This document shows, in pieces, positions 55,808 through 64,000 of a DNA stretch of 64,000 bases; positions within the stretch are counted from its first letter, which is position 1; the number at the start of each line of letters is the position of its first letter. The notes under the pieces were generated by a model that saw only the letters and a list, made by a program, of their open reading frames with translations, was not told the DNA's origin and searched no databases. Origin of the DNA: a virus (lineage: Duplodnaviria; Caudoviricetes); the IMG/VR virus record IMGVR_UViG_3300011862_000001, positions 32,001 through 96,000 of that record; one strand, written 5' to 3'. The position numbers were made by a program, and so were the translations under genes.

Positions 55808-58558
55808 ATGCACGAGATACACATCACGCACACCTCGATGGGGGTGCGCGTAGAGGCAACGGTTAGGCAGGTGGAGATAGCTCTCAAAACCTGGGCTGAA
55901 CGTTCCCTACACGCCCCGAAAATGGGGAAATCGGACGGCCGAATTACCATCGAGCAGGGTGATGGGTTTTATGCACACTTAGCAGGTTCCCGCACCTTTA
56001 TCTTTCATAAGGCGTTCTTAGAACCGATCCTCTCGATCATCAAGAATGTCGCAGTAGAGTACCGTCTCGACATTCAGGTTATTCACCACGATGCTACCAA
56101 GAATCGTAAGCAACCGTATGGTTGTACATTCCCCAACCACGGGTTTGAATTAAGCGTCGACGATCCTAACTCCAGGTTTTATTACCAGAACGACGTAGTA
56201 GAAGCCGCACTTGATCCACTTCGTGCACAGGTTATCTTTGCCATTCAGACAGGCAGAGGAAAAGCGGCTGCTCATGGAACACGAGTTAGAGTTCCAGGCG
56301 GCTGGAAGAAAATTGAAGAAATAAAAGTGGGAGACTACGTTACCGGCGGTGATGGCCGTCCAACGCGCGTTACTGGGGTGCATCCGCAAGGTATCGTACA
56401 GCTTTATCAGGTTACGTTTGATGATGGGCGAAGCGTTGATGTATGTGGTGAACACTTATGGCAATCGTTTTATGTCAACACGACAGAAAACCGACGTTGG
56501 GGCGTTCGTTCCACCCTAGAGATGAAGCGTCTGATCTCAATGCCGAATCCTCGCGTTTACATCCCACTGCCTGAGCCAGAAGAAACCACTGAAAAAGAAT
56601 TTTCTATCCACCCGTACGTACTTGGTGTATTAATCGGCGACGGCTGTATTAGTAGCGGTTCAGTTAAATACGCTAAAGCAGACATGGAGATTTTTGAACG
56701 CGTATCAGCCCTAGGTCCAGAGCATCATACGCTTGCTCCGACCGAGTATCGTGATATCGTCAAAGGTTTCACTAACCGTGGCCCGAGCGAGGGCCACATT
56801 AGGCGACGGTTAGAACATATGGGTTTATGGGGTTGTCGCTCATGGGAGAAATTTATTCCAGCTGAGTATTTTGAAGGGTCTATTGAACAGCGTTGGGAAC
56901 TGTTGCGTGGCTTGTTCGATACCGATGGCACTACGAACAAGGATGGCGGTCAGCCCTCCTTCACATCGACCAGCAAGGCGCTAGCTATTGGTGTGCAGGA
57001 ATTAGTACGTTCTTTAGGCGGTATTGCTTCGATGTATATCAGGCATACCCACTACACTTGGAAAGGAGAGAAGAAACGTGGGCGTGAGAGCTACACCGTT
57101 CGCGTACGCCACAAGAAACCGTCAAATTTCTTCCATCTACCAAGGAAGAAAAATTTGTGTCGCGATGAAGGTCAATACACCGATATCCTGAAGCTTCGGG
57201 TAAAGTCTATTGAGCCTACTACTCGTGACTTCGCTACTTGTATCAGTGTTGATAACGCCGACAGCCTGTACGTGGTTGATCAGTATATCGTGACACACAA
57301 CACCAAGTCACTCCAGAAGGTCATGGTAAGGATGGGGGTGCGAACGGCGCTTATCATGCGACCGACGTACAAAGACAAATGGCTGTTTGACTGCTGCGAA
57401 GACAAGACCGGTCTGCTCGTGCCCAAAGAACAGGTGTTGGTCTGCCAGGGCGTACAATCTATTTACGACGCCTATGAGATGGGTGAGAACGGGGAACTCG
57501 ATAAGCGCGATATTCGTATTGTGATTATCCCGACCACCACCCTTCAGCTGTTTCTGAAAGAGTATTGCAATACCTCTGCTTCTAACCCAGTGAACCTGGA
57601 TAACTTTTACGACGCCTTGGGCGTCGGCCTTGTAGGGTATGATGAGGTACACGAGCACTTCCTGCTGGTTTACCTCAGTGGTATCATGTTGAACCCGCCG
57701 AAGACCGTGGAGATGTCCGCCACACTCGAACCGGGTGCCAACAAGGTGTTTATCCGTGACCGCTATATGGAACGCTTCCCGCCGCCGTTCAGGCTGTCGG
57801 TGGCCCATATTCCTGTCGTGGATGTGCGTGGCTTCTATTACACCATCGAGGATAAGAAACTCGCCTGGTGGGCTAGTAAGATGACGCCGTATAACCACAA
57901 GGTGTTTGAAGGCAAACTGATGCGTGAGGGTTACCATGAATCGTACGCCCAGATGTGGTACGACATTATGGAGAAAACGTATCTCAAGAATTACCAACCC
58001 GGTCAGAACGTGGTGTTCTTGTTTGCGACCATTGACTTCTGCGAATACTTCACGCAGTTTGTGAAAGCTAAGCTCGCAGCGTCCGACCAGTTCCATGCTT
58101 TAATGGTGTCGAAGTATAACGGTGGCGATTCGTATGATGACTTCATCATGGCGGATATCGGTATCTCGACACCGAGTAAAGCGGGAACGGCAATCGATAA
58201 GCCGGGGATGATACACATGTACGTCTCCACGCCTATTGACGATCAGCAGTTAAACGAACAGATAGCTGGACGTCCGCGTCCAGTGAATCTGACGTTTGGG
58301 TGGGACATGAACCCGACTGTGTGGTTTGGCCATGCCATGAACATTGCTAAACACGGGTCGTACCTTAACTCGCGGATGAAGTCGTTAACATCGAAAGTTC
58401 TCTCATTCAAGATTGCGGCATCGCCGTACGTGATAAGGAAAGGTTATGATCACCCCCCCACTTCCTCTCGATCCAGAAGTCCCTTACGTCGGCTTGAGTT
58501 TAGCAAAGTTTCTCGAAAACGTGCTAAGGGCGTATCCGGGCGTAGAAGACGTCGCTAA
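55808..58558 (+). CDS. SF2 (DExH) helicase, phiKZ gp75-like, containing an intein
   Basis: Walker A QTGRGK|T, YDEVH, MSAT and QIAGR motifs. Confidence 0.88.
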   Translation: MHEIHITHTSMGVRVEATVRQVEIALKTWAERSLHAPKMGKSDGRITIEQGDGFYAHLAGSRTFIFHKAFLEPILSIIKNVAVEYRLDIQVIHHDATKNRKQPYGCTFPNHGFELSVDDPNSRFYYQNDVVEAALDPLRAQVIFAIQTGRGKAAAHGTRVRVPGGWKKIEEIKVGDYVTGGDGRPTRVTGVHPQGIVQLYQVTFDDGRSVDVCGEHLWQSFYVNTTENRRWGVRSTLEMKRLISMPNPRVYIPLPEPEETTEKEFSIHPYVLGVLIGDGCISSGSVKYAKADMEIFERVSALGPEHHTLAPTEYRDIVKGFTNRGPSEGHIRRRLEHMGLWGCRSWEKFIPAEYFEGSIEQRWELLRGLFDTDGTTNKDGGQPSFTSTSKALAIGVQELVRSLGGIASMYIRHTHYTWKGEKKRGRESYTVRVRHKKPSNFFHLPRKKNLCRDEGQYTDILKLRVKSIEPTTRDFATCISVDNADSLYVVDQYIVTHNTKSLQKVMVRMGVRTALIMRPTYKDKWLFDCCEDKTGLLVPKEQVLVCQGVQSIYDAYEMGENGELDKRDIRIVIIPTTTLQLFLKEYCNTSASNPVNLDNFYDALGVGLVGYDEVHEHFLLVYLSGIMLNPPKTVEMSATLEPGANKVFIRDRYMERFPPPFRLSVAHIPVVDVRGFYYTIEDKKLAWWASKMTPYNHKVFEGKLMREGYHESYAQMWYDIMEKTYLKNYQPGQNVVFLFATIDFCEYFTQFVKAKLAASDQFHALMVSKYNGGDSYDDFIMADIGISTPSKAGTAIDKPGMIHMYVSTPIDDQQLNEQIAGRPRPVNLTFGWDMNPTVWFGHAMNIAKHGSYLNSRMKSLTSKVLSFKIAASPYVIRKGYDHPPTSSRSRSPLRRLEFSKVSRKRAKGVSGRRRRR
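56264..57301 (+). mobile_element. Intein (346 aa) with LAGLIDADG endonuclease; class 3 type
   Basis: Starts AAAHGTRV and ends YIVTHN|T; block B CGEHLW, block F ATCISV; LAGLIDADG motifs LGVLIGDG and LRGLFDTDG. Confidence 0.92.
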
Positions 58559-58829
58559 GGTGTTGTGTCAGGACCCGAAGATTAATCGGGCCTTTCACTA
58601 CTACATGGTGACCGAGCGCTGCACCGGTTTGTTTTTGGAGCAACGCGGGTTGCGTTATTACGTGACCCGCACCTCCAGCATTCGCGGCACCGCCGCTTAT
58701 GAACTGTATACCTATACCCTGTGGACGGATAACCCCGCAGGGAATGAGGATCAGAACCCGAAAATGGCGTACGCGCTGTTCTCTGAAAAATGGCACGATT
58801 GGGTGACGGTAGCACACAACGCTGTATAA
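58446..58829 (+). CDS. Hypothetical protein overlapping the helicase 3' end
   Basis: 127 aa with AAGGA RBS; 113-nt overlap. Confidence 0.6.
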   Translation: MITPPLPLDPEVPYVGLSLAKFLENVLRAYPGVEDVAKVLCQDPKINRAFHYYMVTERCTGLFLEQRGLRYYVTRTSSIRGTAAYELYTYTLWTDNPAGNEDQNPKMAYALFSEKWHDWVTVAHNAV

Positions 58830-58882
58830 ACAGGTGTTGCCTTTAATGTGTATTGTCACTCGTTTCAATAAGGAATAATCCC

Positions 58883-59479
58883 ATGTCCCGTCGTAAAAAG
58901 CTTAACGGTTACAACCCTAAACAAGAAGCGCGCGATGCTATCATTCGCCAGATGCGTGCGATTAATAGCACTGAGCATCTCTTTATCCACGAATCCCGTC
59001 TGATGGCGGATAACCTGGATGCGGAAATGGCAAGCCTGGCGGCAATTGCTGATCCTGACCTGCGTACCTATTTGCAGGGGCGTATGGAAATCGTTAAGAA
59101 AGGCTATGCTGGCCTGTTGCAAGAGTTCTTGCAGAAGATTGCTGATGTTCGCACCCCGGCTGATAAAGTTGCCACGGCCATGATGGACCGTCTGGCTAAC
59201 GAGAAGTGGGATGCGGTGCGTGATGTCTTCACACTCACTGAAATCCAGCTCGGCGCAGCTGAAACTGAAGCAGTGGTGCTGGGTCAGTCCGCGATGGGTG
59301 CTGGGATTGATTTGTTTACCGACTACGCCTCACGTCGTGCTGCCGTTGATCGCGGTATCAAGGCCAATGCCTCCACCCAAGATATCCTGGCGCAGATGAC
59401 CGCGCTTGATAAAGAACTGGCTGAAAAACAGACGGCTGCTGAAGATGCGTCCGTCTCTGAGGAACCGAACAATGTCTGA
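58883..59479 (+). CDS. Hypothetical helical protein
   Basis: ATG after AAGGA. Confidence 0.75.
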   Translation: MSRRKKLNGYNPKQEARDAIIRQMRAINSTEHLFIHESRLMADNLDAEMASLAAIADPDLRTYLQGRMEIVKKGYAGLLQEFLQKIADVRTPADKVATAMMDRLANEKWDAVRDVFTLTEIQLGAAETEAVVLGQSAMGAGIDLFTDYASRRAAVDRGIKANASTQDILAQMTALDKELAEKQTAAEDASVSEEPNNV

Positions 59480-61406
59480 ACAACTTGACCCGCGCCCGTC
59501 TGTGGTGCGTCGTGACGAAACCCCTGCGCCGGAGACTGCATCATTCGTGATGCTTCCCGACGAACAGCTGCGCGTCCTCGATAAGGGGACCGCAGTCATG
59601 GAGCTGCTTCGTACCAACCCCACTTTTTCTTTGATCGAAGCCGGTCGTCGTTACGAAGCGTGGGCTGCTGCACAGGCACCTGCCCCACAGCCAGAACCGG
59701 TTGCTGTTAAACCGGAACCCGTTGTCGAACCCGCACCGGTGGTTCCACCTGCTCCAGCACCAACGCCGGAACCGGAACCGGTCGTGACGGCACCTGTCAC
59801 TCCTGTTGCCGCTGCTGCGGTTAACACTGCCGTGGTAGACCCTGCGACGGTTGCTGCTCAGACCTTGATTGAAGAATCGCGTGCTGATGCCGCCCCGCAA
59901 GTGGCCAGTGTCAAAGTGCGTCGTACCAACTTCGGTACCCAACCGCATCGTGAAGAAATTTCTACGCTGGCGGAAGATGACCCGCACCAGATTCTGATTC
60001 GCTCTGATGAACTGATTGGCAGTACCGTGCCGATTACCGGTGAGGAAGACGTGCGTCGTTTCTTTGCCAGTATCAAGCGTAATGGTAAAGGCCAGCCGAT
60101 GTTCGCCTCCGAAGCAGAAGCGGAACGTTACCAGACCCTGGTCACTGCACTCGAACTGACCCCGCCGAATGGTGGTAACGGTCGTCCGGCGTTTGACACT
60201 GCGCTTGAGCGTGAAGACACGGCCTGGACACAACAGCTGCGTCTGCCTGACGGTAAGTGGGTAGGCCCGGTAACGGACCGTGGTGCTGGGGCACCGGGTG
60301 CACTTGCTGCGCTGCGTCGTCGTCGTCAGTCCGGTTCTCCGGTGTCGGTGTGGTTACCGGCTACCGGTATCTACGTGGGCTTTCGTGCACCGCTTGAGCG
60401 CGAGATGTGCGACTTCGATATTCGTCTGGCTGCGGAAACGGCGCAGATTGGGATGCAGACCTATGGCCTGTTGCTCTCAAGCATGTCGGGTGTGTACCTG
60501 CGTCACATGGTGGAACATTCACTGAACTTCGCTGTGGAAACCACCTTTGACTGTCAGGGTAATGACATCAAAACCGCACTGATTGACATTGTCGATCTCG
60601 ACGATTACTGGTTGCTGCTGCTCGGCCCAATCATCGCCAAGTTCCCAAGCGGGATTCCGTGGAAGCTGATTTGTCCGAAAGACTGTGGGCATGAGCGTGA
60701 TGTACGTTTGAACCTGGCTCGCTGTATCCGTATGGCAGACGGCCTGTTCACTGACCTGCATCGCTCTTTGCTGGCGCGTCAACGCGGTACCACCAACCGC
60801 ATTATCAGCCCGGAAGATTACCTGGCGTACCGTAACGACCTGCCGCACAACCCGGCTGCGGTGTTTGCCCGTCCTGACCTCGGTATCACCATTAACTTTG
60901 GTCGCTCGACCATCGGTGATTACCTGGACAGCACCGACCGTTGGTTAGAAGAAATCAACCGCTCTGCAACCGAAGCCCTGTCGTCTAACGCCAGTGACTA
61001 CGAGCGCAGCCAACACATTCGCTTAACGGCGGAGATTCGTCGTCTGACGCGTCACGCCCACCACATCAAATCCATTACCGTGGAAGAAGAAGTGAAAGGC
61101 GAAGTGGTGGAAGTCGTGGAAACCGACCCGGCCAAGATTGTCGAGATTCTCGAAGAGCTGTCGTCTGACCGTCCGTATGTGTTAGCGTTTGAAGATGCGC
61201 TGGCAAAATACAACGACCTGTCACGCTTAGCAGTCCTCGGCTATATGGGTCACCCGTGTCCACACTGTAAGACACCTGAAGGCGAAGAAGACGGACCGTT
61301 CCGTGGTATTGTTACCATTTCACCGGACCGGGTTTTTTTCGTGCTATCTCGTGTGGTGTCCGAGATACAGAAAGTCTATTTACAACAATTCGCAAATATT
61401 GGCTAG
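59472..61406 (+). CDS. Conserved protein (phiKZ gp77-like by position); tail-chaperone/T4 gp26-like C-terminal Zn domain
   Basis: 644 aa with GAGGA RBS; Pro/Ala/Glu-rich linker; CPKDC and CPHC; ends near ...PDRVFF. Confidence 0.7.
   Translation: MSEQLDPRPSVVRRDETPAPETASFVMLPDEQLRVLDKGTAVMELLRTNPTFSLIEAGRRYEAWAAAQAPAPQPEPVAVKPEPVVEPAPVVPPAPAPTPEPEPVVTAPVTPVAAAAVNTAVVDPATVAAQTLIEESRADAAPQVASVKVRRTNFGTQPHREEISTLAEDDPHQILIRSDELIGSTVPITGEEDVRRFFASIKRNGKGQPMFASEAEAERYQTLVTALELTPPNGGNGRPAFDTALEREDTAWTQQLRLPDGKWVGPVTDRGAGAPGALAALRRRRQSGSPVSVWLPATGIYVGFRAPLEREMCDFDIRLAAETAQIGMQTYGLLLSSMSGVYLRHMVEHSLNFAVETTFDCQGNDIKTALIDIVDLDDYWLLLLGPIIAKFPSGIPWKLICPKDCGHERDVRLNLARCIRMADGLFTDLHRSLLARQRGTTNRIISPEDYLAYRNDLPHNPAAVFARPDLGITINFGRSTIGDYLDSTDRWLEEINRSATEALSSNASDYERSQHIRLTAEIRRLTRHAHHIKSITVEEEVKGEVVEVVETDPAKIVEILEELSSDRPYVLAFEDALAKYNDLSRLAVLGYMGHPCPHCKTPEGEEDGPFRGIVTISPDRVFFVLSRVVSEIQKVYLQQFANIG
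61334..61367 (+). promoter_or_regulatory. Putative programmed -1 ribosomal frameshift signal
   Basis: In-frame T TTT TTC heptamer followed 4 nt later by a TATCTCG/CGAGATA hairpin. Confidence 0.7.
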
Positions 61407-61813
61407 ACGCCGACGACATCCCCTCGGGGACCATCATCAACGCCTTAAAGCTGGATACCACCTCGCTGTTTAAACAGCGCAGCAGCCGTCCCATTACGTA
61501 TCAGGAAGCGCACGACGAGTTATTGTCGACCTACGACGGTGTGTTGGACCTGAACACCGGCGAGAACAACGTCGGGCTGTCTGATTTCGAGAACCCGATG
61601 ATGGGTTCGTTGTACGAAATCTGGATGTCGACGTATGTGCGTGAACAGATTGGGGAAATCTTCCGTGTTAGTTTCGATGAGTTCCTCAATCGACCACGGT
61701 GGGAAATGATGAAGATGTTGGAAGTCGCGAAACGTCGTACTGCGGAGTTGAAAAAGACACACGACAGCGTTGTCCCGGACGATTGGGAGAAGCAGTTGCA
61801 GGGTCGTTTATAA
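61340..61813 (+). CDS. -1 frame extension forming the C-terminal part of a frameshift fusion protein
   Basis: Frame is open from 61280 to 61813 with no ATG, GTG or TTG before 61523; ends in ...SFDEFLNRPRWEMMKMLE. Confidence 0.65.
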   Translation, partial: RAISCGVRDTESLFTTIRKYWLDADDIPSGTIINALKLDTTSLFKQRSSRPITYQEAHDELLSTYDGVLDLNTGENNVGLSDFENPMMGSLYEIWMSTYVREQIGEIFRVSFDEFLNRPRWEMMKMLEVAKRRTAELKKTHDSVVPDDWEKQLQGRL

Positions 61814-61816
61814 TAG

Positions 61817-61845
61817 AAGGGGCTTCGGCCCCTTTATTTTTTTTT
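61817..61845 (+). terminator. Intrinsic terminator
   Basis: AAGGGGC-TTCG-GCCCCTT followed by a T run. Confidence 0.85.
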
Positions 61846-61879
61846 GTGTTGATATGAAACCCGCTTTAGGAAAGGTACT

Positions 61880-62734
61880 ATGGAAAACTTGTATGACGAT
61901 TATGCTGACGTATTGGGAATGGTTCGTCAGGAATACCGACTGGCTCCCCTGCTTGATTTGGTGACGCTGGCGATTGACTATGGTTACGATACGACGCTTG
62001 CAGATATCTACTACCAGCCGTTACCTGACCAGAACGAAGAATGCCTGCGTCTGGAGGCGATTATCAACCGCTGTGCCATTGCACTCGCCCAACGCTTAGG
62101 GATTGGGCTACACCCGCAACAGGCCCTCAATAAACCCAAAGAGGTGGTACGTATCCTCCACGGGCTGTTAGAGACCTTTGACGAGTTCGAAGACAAAGAC
62201 AGCCTGTACGGTATCCTGTGCTCTGGTGAACCGCCTCAGTACATTCTGGAGAACCTCTGTCGCCATGTCTACGGGGACAACGAGCTGCACTTTGAAGACT
62301 TAATCACGGTGGTCGAACCACGTTGTTTAACGGTGATGCGTAACTTCCTTGCCGCCAGTGCCAGTGAAGAAGCCGAAGAAGGACTCGCTAATCCTCGCAT
62401 GGCGCGTATCGTACCGTATCTGCGAATCTTTCCGGAAAACCCGTCCTCGTTTGTCTTCCTGAATCTCCCGGATGTGATTGATGAGAACGCGGTTATCCAA
62501 TCGCTGGACTTCAGCGAAGATAACGCCGTCAGTGATATTCAGCTCCTGACGATTTATACGGTGGGGCTGGCAATTATTGCTGCTGACACCTTTGAAGAAG
62601 CGTACGAGTTACTGGAAGACAAATTAGTGCTGCTTAACAACGACGAATTACCGGAAGGTCCTATCCTGAAGGACGCGTTGGCCGCATTAAGAGAAATCTA
62701 CGGTACCCAGGAGGACGAGGATGACGAAGGTTGA
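61880..62734 (+). CDS. Conserved acidic protein (phiKZ gp79-like by position)
   Basis: 284 aa upstream of the vRNAP subunit. Confidence 0.7.
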   Translation: MENLYDDYADVLGMVRQEYRLAPLLDLVTLAIDYGYDTTLADIYYQPLPDQNEECLRLEAIINRCAIALAQRLGIGLHPQQALNKPKEVVRILHGLLETFDEFEDKDSLYGILCSGEPPQYILENLCRHVYGDNELHFEDLITVVEPRCLTVMRNFLAASASEEAEEGLANPRMARIVPYLRIFPENPSSFVFLNLPDVIDENAVIQSLDFSEDNAVSDIQLLTIYTVGLAIIAADTFEEAYELLEDKLVLLNNDELPEGPILKDALAALREIYGTQEDEDDEG

Positions 62735-64000
62735 GTATTTACTTGCCGCGTGTAAGTCCGGCGCGTGGAAGCGTCTGGTGTGGCGTATGGGCATCTTTAA
62801 CGTGTGTGTCTTCCCCGAACAAGGTGAAGGCCCAAGCCAGTACGACCTGACCTTTATTGAAGGGATGCCGCACTACTGGGAAAGCAGCGACGATGACAGT
62901 CCGGGTGAATGGATTGCCATTACCGATGCGGCAAAAGACGAAGAGTTGTTCTTCCCGGAAACGGTACTGTCATTACCGAAAGATGGCTACCCGGGTCTGG
63001 ACGAAGACATTACTACCACCGTTGGTCGTTACGTGCTGAACTGGATTGTCATTTACTTTGCGTTTGGTACCCGAATGCCGTACCTGCGTGAAGGTGGCCC
63101 GATGAGTTATGCCAAGGTGATGTACGAACGTTGCCTGGAAAACGAAGACGATAATCCTGAGGATGAAGAAGCCATTCGTCCAAGCATGGTAGGACGCTTT
63201 GTAAACGGCCTCAGCGAGCTCGCACCGATGGCTAAGGCAATTTCCCCAACCGGGACGTTGCGCTCGTTCCAGGTGCATCCAGACGCGTACAAGATACGTG
63301 ATGCGCTGTTGCTTAAGCACAAAGACGAGCTGGACAACCCAGCGGTGATTGCCACCATCGAAAAAGCCCTCGATGACCTCGATAAAGAGTGGCTCGCCGG
63401 TGACCAGTCGGTTCAGTTCTACGCCTCGAAGAAAGCGGTGATGCGTCGGCGTAAGCTGATGCTGTTCTACGGGATTGAATCCTCGTTCCACGAAGGGACG
63501 GACTTTACCTTGATTCCTACGGCTCTCGTGGAAGTCGATAAAGCCGGGATGGAAAACCTGGTGGCGAAGTACAACTCGATTCGTGAGGGTTCCTTCTCCC
63601 GTGGTGCTGAAACCGCCAAAGGGGGTGAGCAGGTACGTATCATCCAGATGATTTTCCAGAACCACCGGATTATCCCGGGTGACTGTGGTACCAAGCTTAC
63701 CCATGCTGCGCTTATCACTGAAGTCAACGCCGAACGCTACGTCGGGATGAACGCGATGGTTGATGGCAAGCCGATGCCGATTACCGCTGAGTGGATTGCC
63801 AAACAGCACGGTAAAATTGTGCGTCTGCGCCGCCCCATCTTATGCCAGATGGGCCACGTTGATAGCTGCTCTACCTGTGCATCATCTCACAAGGCTGAAG
63901 AACCGCGCGCAATTGCGGCGGATATCTCAACCGCCTTCTCGAACATCATGGGGGTGGCGATGGCCAAGATGCACGGTTCTGAGAACATTGTGCGTGAGTT
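62721..64000 (+). CDS. Virion RNA polymerase beta' middle subunit (phiKZ gp80-like); 3'-truncated
   Basis: ATG at 62721 (MTKVEYLLAAC...); REGSFSRGAETAKGG bridge helix, DCGT, RRPILC...CSTC and AKMHG; runs off the window end. Confidence 0.85.
   Translation, partial: MTKVEYLLAACKSGAWKRLVWRMGIFNVCVFPEQGEGPSQYDLTFIEGMPHYWESSDDDSPGEWIAITDAAKDEELFFPETVLSLPKDGYPGLDEDITTTVGRYVLNWIVIYFAFGTRMPYLREGGPMSYAKVMYERCLENEDDNPEDEEAIRPSMVGRFVNGLSELAPMAKAISPTGTLRSFQVHPDAYKIRDALLLKHKDELDNPAVIATIEKALDDLDKEWLAGDQSVQFYASKKAVMRRRKLMLFYGIESSFHEGTDFTLIPTALVEVDKAGMENLVAKYNSIREGSFSRGAETAKGGEQVRIIQMIFQNHRIIPGDCGTKLTHAALITEVNAERYVGMNAMVDGKPMPITAEWIAKQHGKIVRLRRPILCQMGHVDSCSTCASSHKAEEPRAIAADISTAFSNIMGVAMAKMHGSENIVRE

Noticed and set aside
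61523-61813. Independent 96-aa gene starting at TTG 61523
   Set aside because: Weak start with a long open frame upstream; better explained as the frameshift extension, though independent initiation is not excluded.
1-64000. CRISPR array, rRNA, transposase or integrase
   Set aside because: No regularly spaced direct repeats, rRNA-like segments or DDE/tyrosine-recombinase motifs were seen.

Overview
This window is a 64-kb segment of a nucleus-forming jumbo myophage (phiKZ-like, Chimalliviridae). Gene order and sizes resemble the enterobacterial SPN3US/Erwinia-phage group; this rests on recalled motifs and synteny, not a database search. From left to right it holds: the 3' part of the prohead protease; small accessory genes; tail tube and sheath (minus strand); three virion genes and the large terminase; an accessory region with a ligase-like gene and a set of paralogs; a ~1.35-kb non-coding stretch (AT-rich and GATC-rich, followed by promoter-led structured RNA candidates); an HslV-like peptidase; a tRNA cluster (Trp, Cys, Asn, degenerate tRNA-like elements and an HNH nuclease); a nine-gene overlapping operon; a split family-B DNA polymerase; chimallin; and the non-virion RNA polymerase block. 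That block includes a beta'-N subunit whose NADFDGD motif is split by a group I intron, SbcD, probable ChmC, gp68-like and PicA-like genes, beta, beta'-C and an SF2 helicase with an Ala-start class 3 intein. The window ends with a probable -1 frameshift gene pair and the start of a virion RNAP beta' subunit. Two phage promoter classes are visible as repeated motifs. The strongest leads are the unannotated structured RNAs sharing a promoter with the tRNA operon, the programmed -1 frameshift at 61334-61340, and an apparently catalytically dead DNA-ligase-fold protein.
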